Assembly (NCBI GenBank): GCA_964187785.1
Contig: OZ076409.1
Coordinates: forward strand, 65,660,001-65,724,000
Reading direction: 5' to 3'
Source: Amphiscolops sp. MND2022
Taxonomy: Eukaryota
DNA length: 64,000 nucleotides
Position 1 is the first letter of the stretch, and each line of letters opens with the position of its first letter. Position numbers and translations under genes: made by a program. The notes below the pieces were generated by a model. It worked only from the letters and a program-made list of their open reading frames with translations, searched no databases and had not been told where the DNA came from. Below are positions 1 through 10,682 of the stretch, piece after piece.

Positions 1-296
1 AACCGTACTAGACCCAGCAGAAAATCTGCGTAACATGAATTTATATTACCACAAGCAAACATTGATCTTCATGGAAGGGTAAACGATTTCAGTTCTCGAC
101 TCTGTTTTTCAAAAAGTCGGGCAAAAAACATTTTCGCAATAAACAACCGAATTGAGTTAATCTTTTCTATGCTCATAAAAATTTTTGGAATTCAAGAATT
201 TTTTTGAAATTTTAAGTATGTAGAAATAAAATTTCGGTTCCGGGCATGTTTCTTGAAACAACTTTATTCATTACTTTGCTCAGCTTCTTGGTTGGG

Positions 297-344
297 GTCA
301 AAAGTGTTGTCTTTCACAGAGTCAAAAGTGTTATCTTTCACAGA
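297..344. repeat. 24-bp tandem duplication (2 copies)
   Basis: gtcaaaagtgttgtctttcacaga followed by gtcaaaagtgttatctttcacaga (1 mismatch). Confidence 0.85.
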
Positions 345-457
345 GAGGGTTTCATTAAAGCTGTATTCATTGAAAATAGTTCATATTTACCATAAAAATT
401 TCACACATTGAAAAGTAGGAAAGTTTCTTTTTCACTTGAATGTTGAAAAGATTTTTT

Positions 458-1040
458 AGTCGGCGCTTCATGAAGTGAAACGCGACTATTATAGTGACTC
501 TTTTTTAGAAAATGCACGACTCTTACAGTGGCTAGTTTTTTTCGTCAGTTCAAGGCGATCGGTCCACTTTTTTGTTCATTTGTTCAACATCATCAACTTG
601 GACTACGGACGTCCAAAACATACTCGAAATGCCAGAACCTCGTCCAAAACAAAAACATAGACGTTCAGAACCTCGAAAACATAGGATCCTCCTTCGGTGT
701 TTTTCACTCGGATTTTTTTCGGCACTATGTAACTTTTTTTGAAGTTTCTTTTGGATTCCACCAAAGGGTCTCCCCTTCGTTGGTTTCGATATTTTGCAAC
801 ACAATGGATGTCAAAAAATCCCAAAGCGTCCCCTTTTACATTTTTCGGCAATGTGACACTGTTCAAAAATCTCATTTCTAAAATTTTTTTTCGGTGATTT
901 TTAAAATCTCCCAAGGGTCCATCTTCAATTTTTTTTTCATATTTTGCAACCAACTGGAGTTTCACAAAGCCCAAAGGGTCCCCCCTTTTACAATTTTGAG
1001 CCTTAGATATAGCGCCGACTTTGGCCGTTGCCGGCTTGTT
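458..1040 (+). repeat. Interspersed repeat, SINE-like family copy
   Basis: Collinear similarity to 57400-57943 (ggtccacttttttgttcatttgttcaaca; attttgcaacacaatggatgtcaaaa; aaagggtccccc blocks; 3' end ttgagccttagatat(a/g)gcgccgactttggccgtt..ggcttg). Boundaries approximate. Confidence 0.75.
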
Positions 1041-1169
1041 TCGATCCACACGAACTGACTAAAAGAGTTCTACAAAAGTTCTACGAAAATTCATGGTGTC
1101 AAATTGAACCAGTTGGCCTGGCGAACTAAACCAAAAAGGTGTTTCCTGCTTTCCCGCGTAACATACAGT

Positions 1170-1440
1170 ATCGGGGGAGACTGAAGGGTCTCCTCGTTCA
1201 GTTTTTTTGCATTGAGACTTTTTTTCGAAAAAAATGTTTCCCCAAAGGGTCCCCCTTCAATTTTTTGATGTTTTGCAACAATGGATGTTTAAAAATCCGA
1301 AAGGGTCCCACTTTTAGCGCGCCAATTCGTTTCAACTTTTAGGTTTTTCGGGTACTTTAAAAGAAGGCTTGACACTTTGAAGTCCTTTATTGTTTTTCGA
1401 GCCTTAGATATGGCGCCTACTTATGCCTTTCCCGGCTTGT
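1170..1440 (+). repeat. Shorter copy of the same interspersed repeat family
   Basis: aaagggtcccccttcaatttt blocks and the same 3' end gagccttagatatggcgcctactt...cccggcttg. Confidence 0.6.
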
Positions 1441-1830
1441 TTCATTTTAATACAAGAGAGTATTAATGATAGTCATTACTGAGATTCAATCTTTTGAAAG
1501 TAATGAAAAACCCTCAGCGAACTATTGATTAGTCAATATTCGGCACTCGACTTTTGTCTAAGACATTTGTTTAACTAGCTGTCTACTCGACATGTTTGCA
1601 AGGCTGAAAAAAGTGCAGTTTGCAGTTTGACTGTGAAAACATACGTGTGACAAGTTTCGGTAAACGTTCAATTAACTCATCAATAACAAAACCCATGGTT
1701 GAACTCGGGATATTTTTCACCCTAAAACACAGAATAATTACACTTGGGATAAGCAAGTGTTACGTGAAAGTGCGGGTGCTTTTTTCGCGCGACAACTCAG
1801 TCGTTTCAGTTCGCAAGTCGCACAGTTCAG

Positions 1831-2480
1831 GCGTTCGTTGCCTAGTGGTAAGATGCTTGCTTTTCAACCCAGAAGGTTCGTGCTCGAACTGGTGCGTATG
1901 CGCTAACTTTTTTCAAGCATTCCGAAGCAGAAGATTTAACTTTTTAGGACCCCCCTTTCGTCTTTGTGAGATTTTTCAAAATGAATAATTTTCGTCTTAA
2001 AATTGGATTTTCTCAGGCCCAGCACCCTATATCCGATTTTTGTTTTTTTCAAGACGCGCGTTTTTTATGCGACTTTTTTTCCATTTTTTTGTCGAATCCC
2101 CCCTCAATTTTTACTAGAAACGAAATTTCTTGCGTGCAGAAAGGATTCCTAAGGGTTTTCGGCACTATGCGACTTACTGGAGACCTTCATCAAAAAATTT
2201 TTCTATTCAAAAAAAATTTCTCCGATTTTTTCGTTTTTAAAATATTTTCAGTTGACAAAGATGTTTTTTACTGTTTCAAGTTGACGAAAAGTGGTTTTCG
2301 AGTCTTATGTGTATCCCTTTGCGTAATTTTTGGCGCTGTAAAATTGATGAAATTTCAACAATATTGGTTTTTACCCTTGGTTCTCTGTATGATACTACTT
2401 ATTTGGTTTTCTCTTCAAAAGTTCGCAACTTTCTTAACAAGTGTTTGCGAATCACGGCTTCGCCTCTGTGTTCAAAAAGT
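1831..2480 (+). mobile_element. tRNA-derived SINE-like repeat (tRNA-like head 1831-1903 plus body)
   Basis: Head has an A-box-like TGCCTAGTGG and a degenerate B-box GCTCGAAC. Body shares ttttcggcactatgcgactt and aaaagtggttttcgagtcttatg..tatccc blocks with repeats at 58190-58420 and 61800-62370. Confidence 0.5.
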
Positions 2481-2572
2481 TTTGAAAGAGGAACAGTGCT
2501 TCAGCATTTTGTGCGAAAATCTTATGAGATTATTTTTGGTAGAAAAGGTTAGGATTTATAAACAACAGCTAC

Positions 2573-4351
2573 TGTCGCAGGCTGCCGCCTGTGATGGCAA
2601 CAACTATACGACCTCGGGATACGGACAAGAAATTACCCCAGGTACATTACCCATTTATTAAACTCAAAACTGCAATTGCCAAGACTCGCTTTAACTATTT
2701 TAGTTTATTTATCCAAACTGAATATTAGTCTGTTAAGTACAATTTGGAATTGTCCAAATTGGGATGTTTTATGTTGCAAATGTGTTGAATACAATTACAG
2801 CAGAGCAATGTAATATAAAGCAACTGTAAGGCAGTATAGGAAACGTGTTCAAGTGATGCTAAGCGCTGATCCAAAAGCGTCACTTGAGCGCATTGTCTTA
2901 TCCAATCAGAGCGCTGTATTTGTTGTGCTATATTAGCTTTGTTGCTATCATGGCCTAATTAGGCCTATTTCCTAAATAACGCTTGCTGTACTGTATTACT
3001 TGGTCAAACGGCCGGTTCCGGCCATTTTGTACAAATAGTTAATTGACGTTGCTTTGATAGTAATAACCGGACCTATTATTTCAAATTCACTTTAGTCCAC
3101 TTGTTGATGCTATAATTATACTCCCCCTCTGCCTAAATGTGAGAAATGAGCATAATAATAATTGCAGTTGGAATGAAGCCTCTCCCCACCTTTTCCCAGT
3201 GCAAGACTGAAACCCCGGACATGGCCAGTTTCGGCCTCGTGAAAATAACTTGCACCAATTTCACTGCTGCGTTTGTTGATCATGATTTATTCAATTTGAT
3301 ACGTGAATTAGACGGCACATGGCAAGCCGCGTGGCAGCACGTGCTGTCTCAACACCTTGTAATAAGGAATGCAATGAACAGTGCATTGTTAACATTTTTG
3401 TTATTTGTATTGATGTTAAGTACGTTAGTTATTTGTTTGATGTTAACTCACGGTCGATGTAAGTTGGGCACGCCGCCTGTCACACCTATAACCACGTGAT
3501 GTTTGGAATAACATTTGACCTTACTAGGACGAATTCCTGAAAGTCTTTGAGGTGCTAACTATCTAACTGTATGTCGGTCCTCATGACCATTAAGGAATTT
3601 GTCGATTACAAATGGAATTTGATCACACTTGTAAGGGTATATATAGCAATGTTTCCTTGAGGTGATTATTAATTCCATACCGATTGTTCAGATCAGTTGA
3701 TTTGTTTCGCATTTATAGATTGCAAGACTAGATTACCAAATAAAATATTCAACCTTGAAATCTTGATGCCTACTACAAGGAAACAAAAGAAAGCTAGAAA
3801 GTCTAGAGGAATTGAGATGCTTTCTGACTTGGAGAACCTTGACATAATGCTAGGGGAAAACCACTTCAATAGAAATGAAAGGGACGGAAGTGTTAGTAGC
3901 AATTTCGGCAGAAGGCCTGGTAGTACCTCTGCAGATGAACTAGGAAATAATGGTGAAAACAGGCACTCAGCCACAAGGGACATTGATCCTGGTAATAATG
4001 CCGATTATGGTCGAAACTCAATTGGTGGCAACTCTAGTGCTGAGATTAACAAGTTGTCAAGTGAATTGAACTCTAGATTATCAAGAGAGTTAGATGATAT
4101 GATGTGTAGTGTCAATTCTCAGATCCAAAGGGCAATTAGTGATGCAATAAGCAACCAAGTACTCCCACAAATCCAATCCGCCCTTAGTGCCGGGTCAGGA
4201 CACATGACACAAAACAGATGGGACATTCCGTCCGAGAGACCGGAAATAAATTCCGAAGGACTGCAAAATACTAACCCCAAAGACAGTTCAACTAGCAAGC
4301 ATAACCATGACCATCAGAATGATGGTGGTATTAATTTAAATGCTTACGACA
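2573..4351 (+). repeat. 5' LTR of element A
   Basis: Direct repeat of 16917-18695, no differences seen by eye. TG...CA ends with a 5-bp inverted repeat. TATA-like TATATATA 3638-3645 and AATAAA 3739-3744. Confidence 0.96.
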
Positions 4352-5478
4352 TGGTGACAGGAGACAACGAATCTCCGAATCAAGTTCCTGAGTTTCTCAC
4401 AGGACGGATTCTATCGCGGAATCATCTTGACCAGTCCTATGAAGACATCAACCTTAACACGACGATCCCAGCACAAGAAAGACCCGCTCCGGTTGCCGAA
4501 TCTGATCCAATTACTAGACTGGCAGATGTCTTGACAAACATGCAGAATCGACCAACAGCCCAACAACTCACCATACGCCCGGTCAACTCAAATACCATGA
4601 CCTTTGACGGCAAAAGTGAGAAATTTGAACTGTTCGAAGATCTGTTTCATACTATGATCAAGATGCAGCCAGAAATGACTGAACAAATGAAGATTAACCA
4701 TTTCCACTCGCTTTTGAGGAAGAATGCTCTTCAGACGTTCAGAAATATCAACTCGACCAACCGACAGACTCTTGAAGACGTTTTGGTCATTTTCCGACGA
4801 AAATACGTCAAACCCGAGTCACAAGCGACTGCCAAGCACAAATGGCACCGCTTGGTCTTTGATCCCAACACGATGAAATTACCGGATTTCCTTGAAGAAT
4901 TGAATCAAGGGGCAGAAAAAGCATTCGGCGATCATGCACAAAAAATGATTGACAGCCTATTGTACGCAAAACTGCCTCCGAAACTCAAGCGATCAGTCAA
5001 CATGGCCAGATTAGAAAATGGCTCTTACGACGAAATAGTTGCTCATTTGGAGAGGGAACTAGAGCTTAACGCCCTTGAGGAGTCAGATGACCTACCCATG
5101 GCAACAATGACCTCCTCATCCTCCAAGACTAAAACCCCTCTGTCCACTAATCAAATGTCAGATATAACTTGCAACTACTGCAAGGAAAAGGGCCACATGG
5201 TCAAAGACTGTGAAAAACTCAAAAAGAAGAAAGAAAAAGATGCCCAACAAGGCAAATCGACGGAGAAGAAAACGTACCCTAAATGCGGGACTTGTGGCAA
5301 GAAAAATCATCCAGAGGAGCGATGTTGGCAGGGAGCAGGTGCTCACTTGAAACCCAAACGAACCAGACCTGAAGATTCTTCAGACACCGACAATGACTCC
5401 AAGGCACCCAAACCACACAACAAACCAACGTCCTCCAATACCCAATCCTCATCAAACAAAGATGAGTCAAAAAACTAA
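3766..5478 (+). CDS. gag: Gag of element A (570 aa; starts inside the LTR)
   Basis: MPTTRKQKKARK start homologous to element B MPSTRRQKAKARK; capsid-like core (FDGKSEKFELFEDLF); two CCHC knuckles CNYCKEKGHMVKDC and CGTCGKKNHPEERC. Confidence 0.93.
   Translation: MPTTRKQKKARKSRGIEMLSDLENLDIMLGENHFNRNERDGSVSSNFGRRPGSTSADELGNNGENRHSATRDIDPGNNADYGRNSIGGNSSAEINKLSSELNSRLSRELDDMMCSVNSQIQRAISDAISNQVLPQIQSALSAGSGHMTQNRWDIPSERPEINSEGLQNTNPKDSSTSKHNHDHQNDGGINLNAYDMVTGDNESPNQVPEFLTGRILSRNHLDQSYEDINLNTTIPAQERPAPVAESDPITRLADVLTNMQNRPTAQQLTIRPVNSNTMTFDGKSEKFELFEDLFHTMIKMQPEMTEQMKINHFHSLLRKNALQTFRNINSTNRQTLEDVLVIFRRKYVKPESQATAKHKWHRLVFDPNTMKLPDFLEELNQGAEKAFGDHAQKMIDSLLYAKLPPKLKRSVNMARLENGSYDEIVAHLERELELNALEESDDLPMATMTSSSSKTKTPLSTNQMSDITCNYCKEKGHMVKDCEKLKKKKEKDAQQGKSTEKKTYPKCGTCGKKNHPEERCWQGAGAHLKPKRTRPEDSSDTDNDSKAPKPHNKPTSSNTQSSSNKDESKN
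4352..4363 (+). other. Primer binding site of element A
   Basis: TGGTGACAGGAG immediately after the LTR CA; the identical 12-mer follows the 5' LTR in B and C. Confidence 0.9.
5469..5475 (+). promoter_or_regulatory. -1 ribosomal frameshift slippery site A AAA AAC (element A)
   Basis: Heptamer directly before the gag TAA. The -1 frame is open into pol (LTSPRLQ...) and homologous to B and C. Confidence 0.88.
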
Positions 5479-8400
5479 CTTCGCCACGACTCCAATACAA
5501 CCAACTAATATCCGTCCGTCAATACATCAGGTCGGATCCTCCGACGAAAACTTTCCATGAATACCAACATCAATTGATGGGTTACCCCTCTGTTGTCTGG
5601 CAGCAACAGATGGAAAAAGCTACCATTATCACCTATAATAATACCCATTTGCTCCAAAAACCAATTCCTGTATGGGACCCTGATTACACATCTGCTTTCA
5701 CTAGCCGATTCAGGCCCATTCCCTTGGTAGACGACTACAACCCTACCTACATAGATCCTGACTACGGACGAGATCCCTATTGGGATACCGAACTTTACAA
5801 CCAGGATTTGTTGCAATTCCAATACGTTATCGATGACATAGAACTCTATAACAGATCAGTCCACGACAATCCACCAATCACCCATAACAAGAAAACCAGA
5901 GCATTGATTGAAACATGGCAGATGAATGATGGTACAAGACATCCGGTGTTCCCAAACCCCTTGGGGACCGAAACCTCAGACAAACCAGAAGAAACAATAC
6001 CACAGTCACTACTTGATGAAAGTCAGTTCCAGAACATCCTCATCACTAGAGAAGGAGAACCAGACTGTATTCCTCTGTCCACCAGCATAAACTTGAAATG
6101 CAAAAAACGCATGCTGTATTTCCCTATGGACTTTGGGGAACTGACCATAGATGGACTTATTGACACTGGTGCTTTATCCAGTGCAATCCCTGAAATGGAC
6201 CTCCGGAAAATCAGGCTCCTATCGCCGCAATCAGTCATCCGGGAGGGTCCACCTCCGAATTTCCAGATAATGGTCGCAAATGGGCAACTAGAAACTCCAA
6301 AGAGTACGATAGAGCTCAAATTTGAAGTTGGTGACATAGAGTTCCATGAAATTTTCATAGTAATGGAACACTTGACAGGACCGATTATAGGACTCATGTT
6401 CCTACAGAGAAACCATACAGTTCTGGACATGAGGCAAGGAATACTGAACTTTCCATTCTTTTCGATGCAGCTCAAAACAGCTGATCACAAATACTCGAAT
6501 GTACTCGAACCAATTTTGAATCCTACCGAAATAACCATTCCGTCAAATGACAGAGTCCTAATTAGGACCAATTCCCTATTGTACCCTGAAAACACGGTCA
6601 CAGGGATTTTACAACCGAGCGACCTTCTCCATGAAGAAGGCGACATCACATTCTGTCCAGCCTTGGTCAGTTTGAATGATGGCAATATACAGATACAGGT
6701 AAACAATTTCACAGACCACCCTTACAAGCTCAAAAAGGGACTCCATATTGCCAGTTTCTCAGTCATGACGCCAGAACAGATGAAATACGTTAAACCGGTA
6801 GACCCAGCTTCAACCTGGCATTTGCTACAAAATGACCAAGAGCAGGCAGCCCATTACGTCAGTAGTCTCATCAAGACTAACAAGAATCCACAAAATACCG
6901 AAAACTACTGGTTCCCAACCCCAGAGAACCCAGGGAATCCGGAAGAACATACACCAATCCAAAAAAGGATACTCCGTGAATTACTAGCCCTACAGGAACT
7001 AGAATCACTTGATCCCACAAAGGACGAGGAATCTAGAACAAAATTCCTGGAAAACTTTGACTGGAAAGACTCCACATTGACACCTGATGAAAAAGAGAAA
7101 ATCGAACGATTACTAGTGGAGTTCCATGATATTTTTGCGAGACATAGATTCGACATAGGCATGAATGAGGAATTCAAAGTGAAGCTGACACCCAAAGATG
7201 ATTCCCCAGCCTATAGTCAGAGCCTCCCTGCACCGATAAACTTAAAGGAGGACATATTAGTTGAATTAGCCATGCTCCACAAATATGGCATAATAACTAC
7301 CTTACCGTTCTCGAAATACGCCAGCCCAATATTCGCACAAAAGAAGCCGAATGGGAAACTGAGACTTCTGGTTGACTTGAGAAAAATCAACAACCTAATC
7401 TCTGATGATTATATTAACAATAATCATCCAGTCAGTACCCTAGTCGATGCCGCCCAACACATGGCAGGCAAGAAACTCTTTTGCAAGTTAGACTGTTCAC
7501 AAGCGTATCATTGCCTTCCGATGGCTGACCAACGTTCAATCGAAATGTTGGCCTTTAACTTTGCAAGCCGCACATTTGCATATAGACGACTGGCACAAGG
7601 CCTTAATAGAGCACTGTCCGCATTCTCCAGCTTTATGAGAGAGTACCTTGACAAAGTCATAAAAGCGGACCAATGTGCACAGTATGTAGACGATATTGGC
7701 ATCGCAGCCAACGACGCCGATCACCTCATTGCTAACCTGAGAGCAACTTTCAAATGCATCCAGGAAGCAGGCCTTAAATTGACGATGCACAAGTGCCATT
7801 TTGGTGCCACAGAAATCGATTTCCTTGGCAGGACAATAACCGCACAAGGCGTCAAGCCCCAACGGCAGAATGTTCAGAATTTCCTAGAAAAAACCAAATT
7901 TCCGAAGTCGAAAAAGGCTCTACAGAGATATTTGGGTTTCTTGAACTACTACCGGAATTATGTCCCAAGACTGTCTGAACGCCTTGCTCCGTTCTACAAG
8001 ATGCTGAAGAGTGACGAAAAAGTCCTAGTGTCCAAAGAACTGGTTCAACAATTTGAGGAAATCAATCGAGCTCTGGACAAATGCTGCGACTTGGCCCTAC
8101 AACAACCCATCCCGAACAAGCAAATTGCCCTAATGACAGATGCAAGCTTTGGTGCTGCAGGATATGCAGTACTAATTGAAGATGACCCGAGTCAGAAATT
8201 CACGTCAATCCGCAAATCATATGCACCGGTCGCTTATGGTTCAAAAACCTTCACCCCAGCCCAGATAAAAATGTCGATTTATGCAAAGGAATTCCTCGCG
8301 ATTTATTTCGCATTCAAAGAATTTGGGCATATTTTCTGGGGAGCGCCGAAACCGGTCATAATCCTAACTGACAACAAAGCCGTAACGAGATTTTTCCAGA

Positions 8401-10682
8401 CGAAAATCGTACCCCCAGCCCTGTGGAATGCATGCGACTATGTAATTCAATTCAATTTTGTCATCGCGCACATCCCAGGAGCGCAAAATACGGCAGCGGA
8501 TTATTTATCCCGATTGGAAGCCGATCCGAAAGACAAATTAGTCATGAAAATCCGCGAAGATGTACAAACACTGCCAATAGAAATAAACGTCCAATCAGCC
8601 GGAGTCTCACAGGAAGAGCAAATCTTCTACACAAATGACGACGATGAGACTGAAGAACAATATTGGGCGAGGAAAGAAGCAATCAGGAAAAACCCTGTAA
8701 CTGAAGAACCTACTGTCACAATACAAACTCTATCTACTAACTTAGTCAAACAACAACCTGAAATACAGGTCCGATTGAGGAAAACGAACCAGATAATTAT
8801 TGAGCAATCCAAAGATACAGTACTGCAACAACTGAAAGCGAAGCTCCTTCATGAAGAGTACTCAGAAAACATACTGCAACAAGATGCTCGATACAGGCAT
8901 TACGCTAATAATCTGGAAAGAATTGTCATCAAGGAAGACATACTAACAAGGCAATATTTTGATGAAACTGGGAATATAAAATACCATCAAATTCTTCTCC
9001 CGCAACACTTGCTGCCAGAATTGCTTCAGTCCCTACACGGGACAGCCCACAAGCACCCAGGCATTTCAAAGATGCTGCAGGAGATCAGACAGAGATACTA
9101 TTATCCCAACATGGCGAAACATGTCAAAAAGTGGGTACAAGGGTGTGAACAATGTGCAAAGGACAAACGAGTCCCAAATGCAACAATCACGCCCGAACTA
9201 CTTAACTTGCCGGAATGGGACCTTGGACCCGAAGACGCCATGCAAATCGACTTATTGCCGAATCTTCCCCCAAGTGGAGGATACGAAAATGTTTTGACTG
9301 CAATTGATGTCTTCTCTCGATACTTGTTTGCTTATCCTCTTACGGACGCATCAGCGATCAATGTAGCTAAAGCAATCATTGATATTATGACCAAACATTC
9401 TTACCTACCGACGACGCTCATTACGGACAAGGGAACTGCCTTTACCTCCACGATCATTGCGGAAATTACACAGATTTTAGGCATTACCCTAAAATGTGCA
9501 ACGACCAAACACCCGCAAACTATCGGGAAGTTAGAGCGAACACATGCCTCATTGAAAACGAATTTGAAAATGGCATGTGGAGAATATCGCCGACAATGGC
9601 ATAAGTATTTGCCTTTAGCAGTTCTCAATCATAACACTAGTTATCATGCCAGTATCGGATGCGAACCGACAAGAGTGTTCCATGGGAGAATCCCATATAA
9701 CATCTTGGATCACAAACTTGGAATGAACCCAAATGAGCAAATCCATCCGACTACTGAATTCGCAGAAGAAATCCAGAACCGAACCAAACTCCTTATTGAC
9801 AAGACAAAGCAGAACATCATGCAGTCATATATCAAATATAAGGAGTATTACGACAGGAAAGCCAAAGCCGCCCCACTCAAAGAGGGCGATTACTGTTTTG
9901 TATTACAACCGAAAGCGGATCATCAAGGATCAAAAATTCCATTTAGGGATTATCGTTGGGTTGGACCGTTCATAGTCCAGAAGATTTTACCTAATGAGAA
10001 CTACATCATCCGCAGGCTTAATACAAATAAAACGCAGATTTTGCATCGAATTCGTCTCAAAAAGTTTATTCCGAATCAGCCACTTGAGGACAATTTCCGA
10101 GAACAGCGCCTACAGCCGGACGACGAAATAATCATTCCGCAAGACGACTTGTATGTAATAACGTGGGAAACAAACTTTGGTGAGCAACTAGCTACACGAG
10201 GCAACGAGCCGATTCCGGCTAGCCTGACGAATGGCGAGAGGCCGACTACGCCAGAAACGAATGTGAATGATGCAAACGAGAATGAAAGTGATTATGTAAT
10301 CACGACTGATTATCCGAATGACGTCAACGACGCTGTGCGCAGTAGAACCGAAAGAATGAGAAATGACGTCAGCAATGCTAATGAACCTAGTGAAGCAAAT
10401 GAGAATGAAAACTCTGATTGGCCGAATCCGGCCGTTTCCACAACGGATCAAGAAAAACCTGTGCCGAATACGGTTGAAAGACTAAAAGACGATGCGAATT
10501 TTCCAGAAAAGAATTTGATGAATGAAAACGATGCACAAAATTCTCCGAAAAAGGGGGATGATATTATCGTGCCCGAAATATCGCAAAATGATGCTAGAAA
10601 AGAGAGCTTGAGCCCCAGAGGAGGGAAATATAATCTCAGGCCTAATCCTAACCCAAACTACTCAGAAGACTTCAGATACTAG
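5475..10682 (+). CDS. pol: Pol of element A (protease, pseudo-dUTPase-like segment, RT, RNase H, integrase)
   Basis: LIDTGA protease motif; LRLLVDLRKIN and QYVDD RT motifs; LMTDAS RNase H; HHCC (H..H..CEQC), QIDLL/ITDKG/LERTH DDE and WVGPF integrase motifs; uninterrupted frame. Confidence 0.97.
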   Translation, partial: LTSPRLQYNQLISVRQYIRSDPPTKTFHEYQHQLMGYPSVVWQQQMEKATIITYNNTHLLQKPIPVWDPDYTSAFTSRFRPIPLVDDYNPTYIDPDYGRDPYWDTELYNQDLLQFQYVIDDIELYNRSVHDNPPITHNKKTRALIETWQMNDGTRHPVFPNPLGTETSDKPEETIPQSLLDESQFQNILITREGEPDCIPLSTSINLKCKKRMLYFPMDFGELTIDGLIDTGALSSAIPEMDLRKIRLLSPQSVIREGPPPNFQIMVANGQLETPKSTIELKFEVGDIEFHEIFIVMEHLTGPIIGLMFLQRNHTVLDMRQGILNFPFFSMQLKTADHKYSNVLEPILNPTEITIPSNDRVLIRTNSLLYPENTVTGILQPSDLLHEEGDITFCPALVSLNDGNIQIQVNNFTDHPYKLKKGLHIASFSVMTPEQMKYVKPVDPASTWHLLQNDQEQAAHYVSSLIKTNKNPQNTENYWFPTPENPGNPEEHTPIQKRILRELLALQELESLDPTKDEESRTKFLENFDWKDSTLTPDEKEKIERLLVEFHDIFARHRFDIGMNEEFKVKLTPKDDSPAYSQSLPAPINLKEDILVELAMLHKYGIITTLPFSKYASPIFAQKKPNGKLRLLVDLRKINNLISDDYINNNHPVSTLVDAAQHMAGKKLFCKLDCSQAYHCLPMADQRSIEMLAFNFASRTFAYRRLAQGLNRALSAFSSFMREYLDKVIKADQCAQYVDDIGIAANDADHLIANLRATFKCIQEAGLKLTMHKCHFGATEIDFLGRTITAQGVKPQRQNVQNFLEKTKFPKSKKALQRYLGFLNYYRNYVPRLSERLAPFYKMLKSDEKVLVSKELVQQFEEINRALDKCCDLALQQPIPNKQIALMTDASFGAAGYAVLIEDDPSQKFTSIRKSYAPVAYGSKTFTPAQIKMSIYAKEFLAIYFAFKEFGHIFWGAPKPVIILTDNKAVTRFFQTKIVPPALWNACDYVIQFNFVIAHIPGAQNTAADYLSRLEADPKDKLVMKIREDVQTLPIEINVQSAGVSQEEQIFYTNDDDETEEQYWARKEAIRKNPVTEEPTVTIQTLSTNLVKQQPEIQVRLRKTNQIIIEQSKDTVLQQLKAKLLHEEYSENILQQDARYRHYANNLERIVIKEDILTRQYFDETGNIKYHQILLPQHLLPELLQSLHGTAHKHPGISKMLQEIRQRYYYPNMAKHVKKWVQGCEQCAKDKRVPNATITPELLNLPEWDLGPEDAMQIDLLPNLPPSGGYENVLTAIDVFSRYLFAYPLTDASAINVAKAIIDIMTKHSYLPTTLITDKGTAFTSTIIAEITQILGITLKCATTKHPQTIGKLERTHASLKTNLKMACGEYRRQWHKYLPLAVLNHNTSYHASIGCEPTRVFHGRIPYNILDHKLGMNPNEQIHPTTEFAEEIQNRTKLLIDKTKQNIMQSYIKYKEYYDRKAKAAPLKEGDYCFVLQPKADHQGSKIPFRDYRWVGPFIVQKILPNENYIIRRLNTNKTQILHRIRLKKFIPNQPLEDNFREQRLQPDDEIIIPQDDLYVITWETNFGEQLATRGNEPIPASLTNGERPTTPETNVNDANENESDYVITTDYPNDVNDAVRSRTERMRNDVSNANEPSEANENENSDWPNPAVSTTDQEKPVPNTVERLKDDANFPEKNLMNENDAQNSPKKGDDIIVPEISQNDARKESLSPRGGKYNLRPNPNPNYSEDFRY

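Noticed and set aside
475..1342. Several overlapping ORFs of 61-148 aa
   Set aside because: Lie within SINE-like repeats; frames are not preserved in the related copy at 57400-57943
1831..1903. tRNA gene
   Set aside because: Degenerate B-box and poor stems; similar heads precede other repeat copies, so treated as a SINE head
1966..2661. 231-aa ORF
   Set aside because: Chimera of a T-rich interspersed repeat read into the first 89 nt of LTR A; its C-terminus is simply the accessory-ORF tail
3146..3499. 117-aa hydrophobic ORF in LTR A (copy at 17490-17843)
   Set aside because: Upstream of the TATA box, no counterpart in the B or C LTRs; duplication is explained by LTR identity
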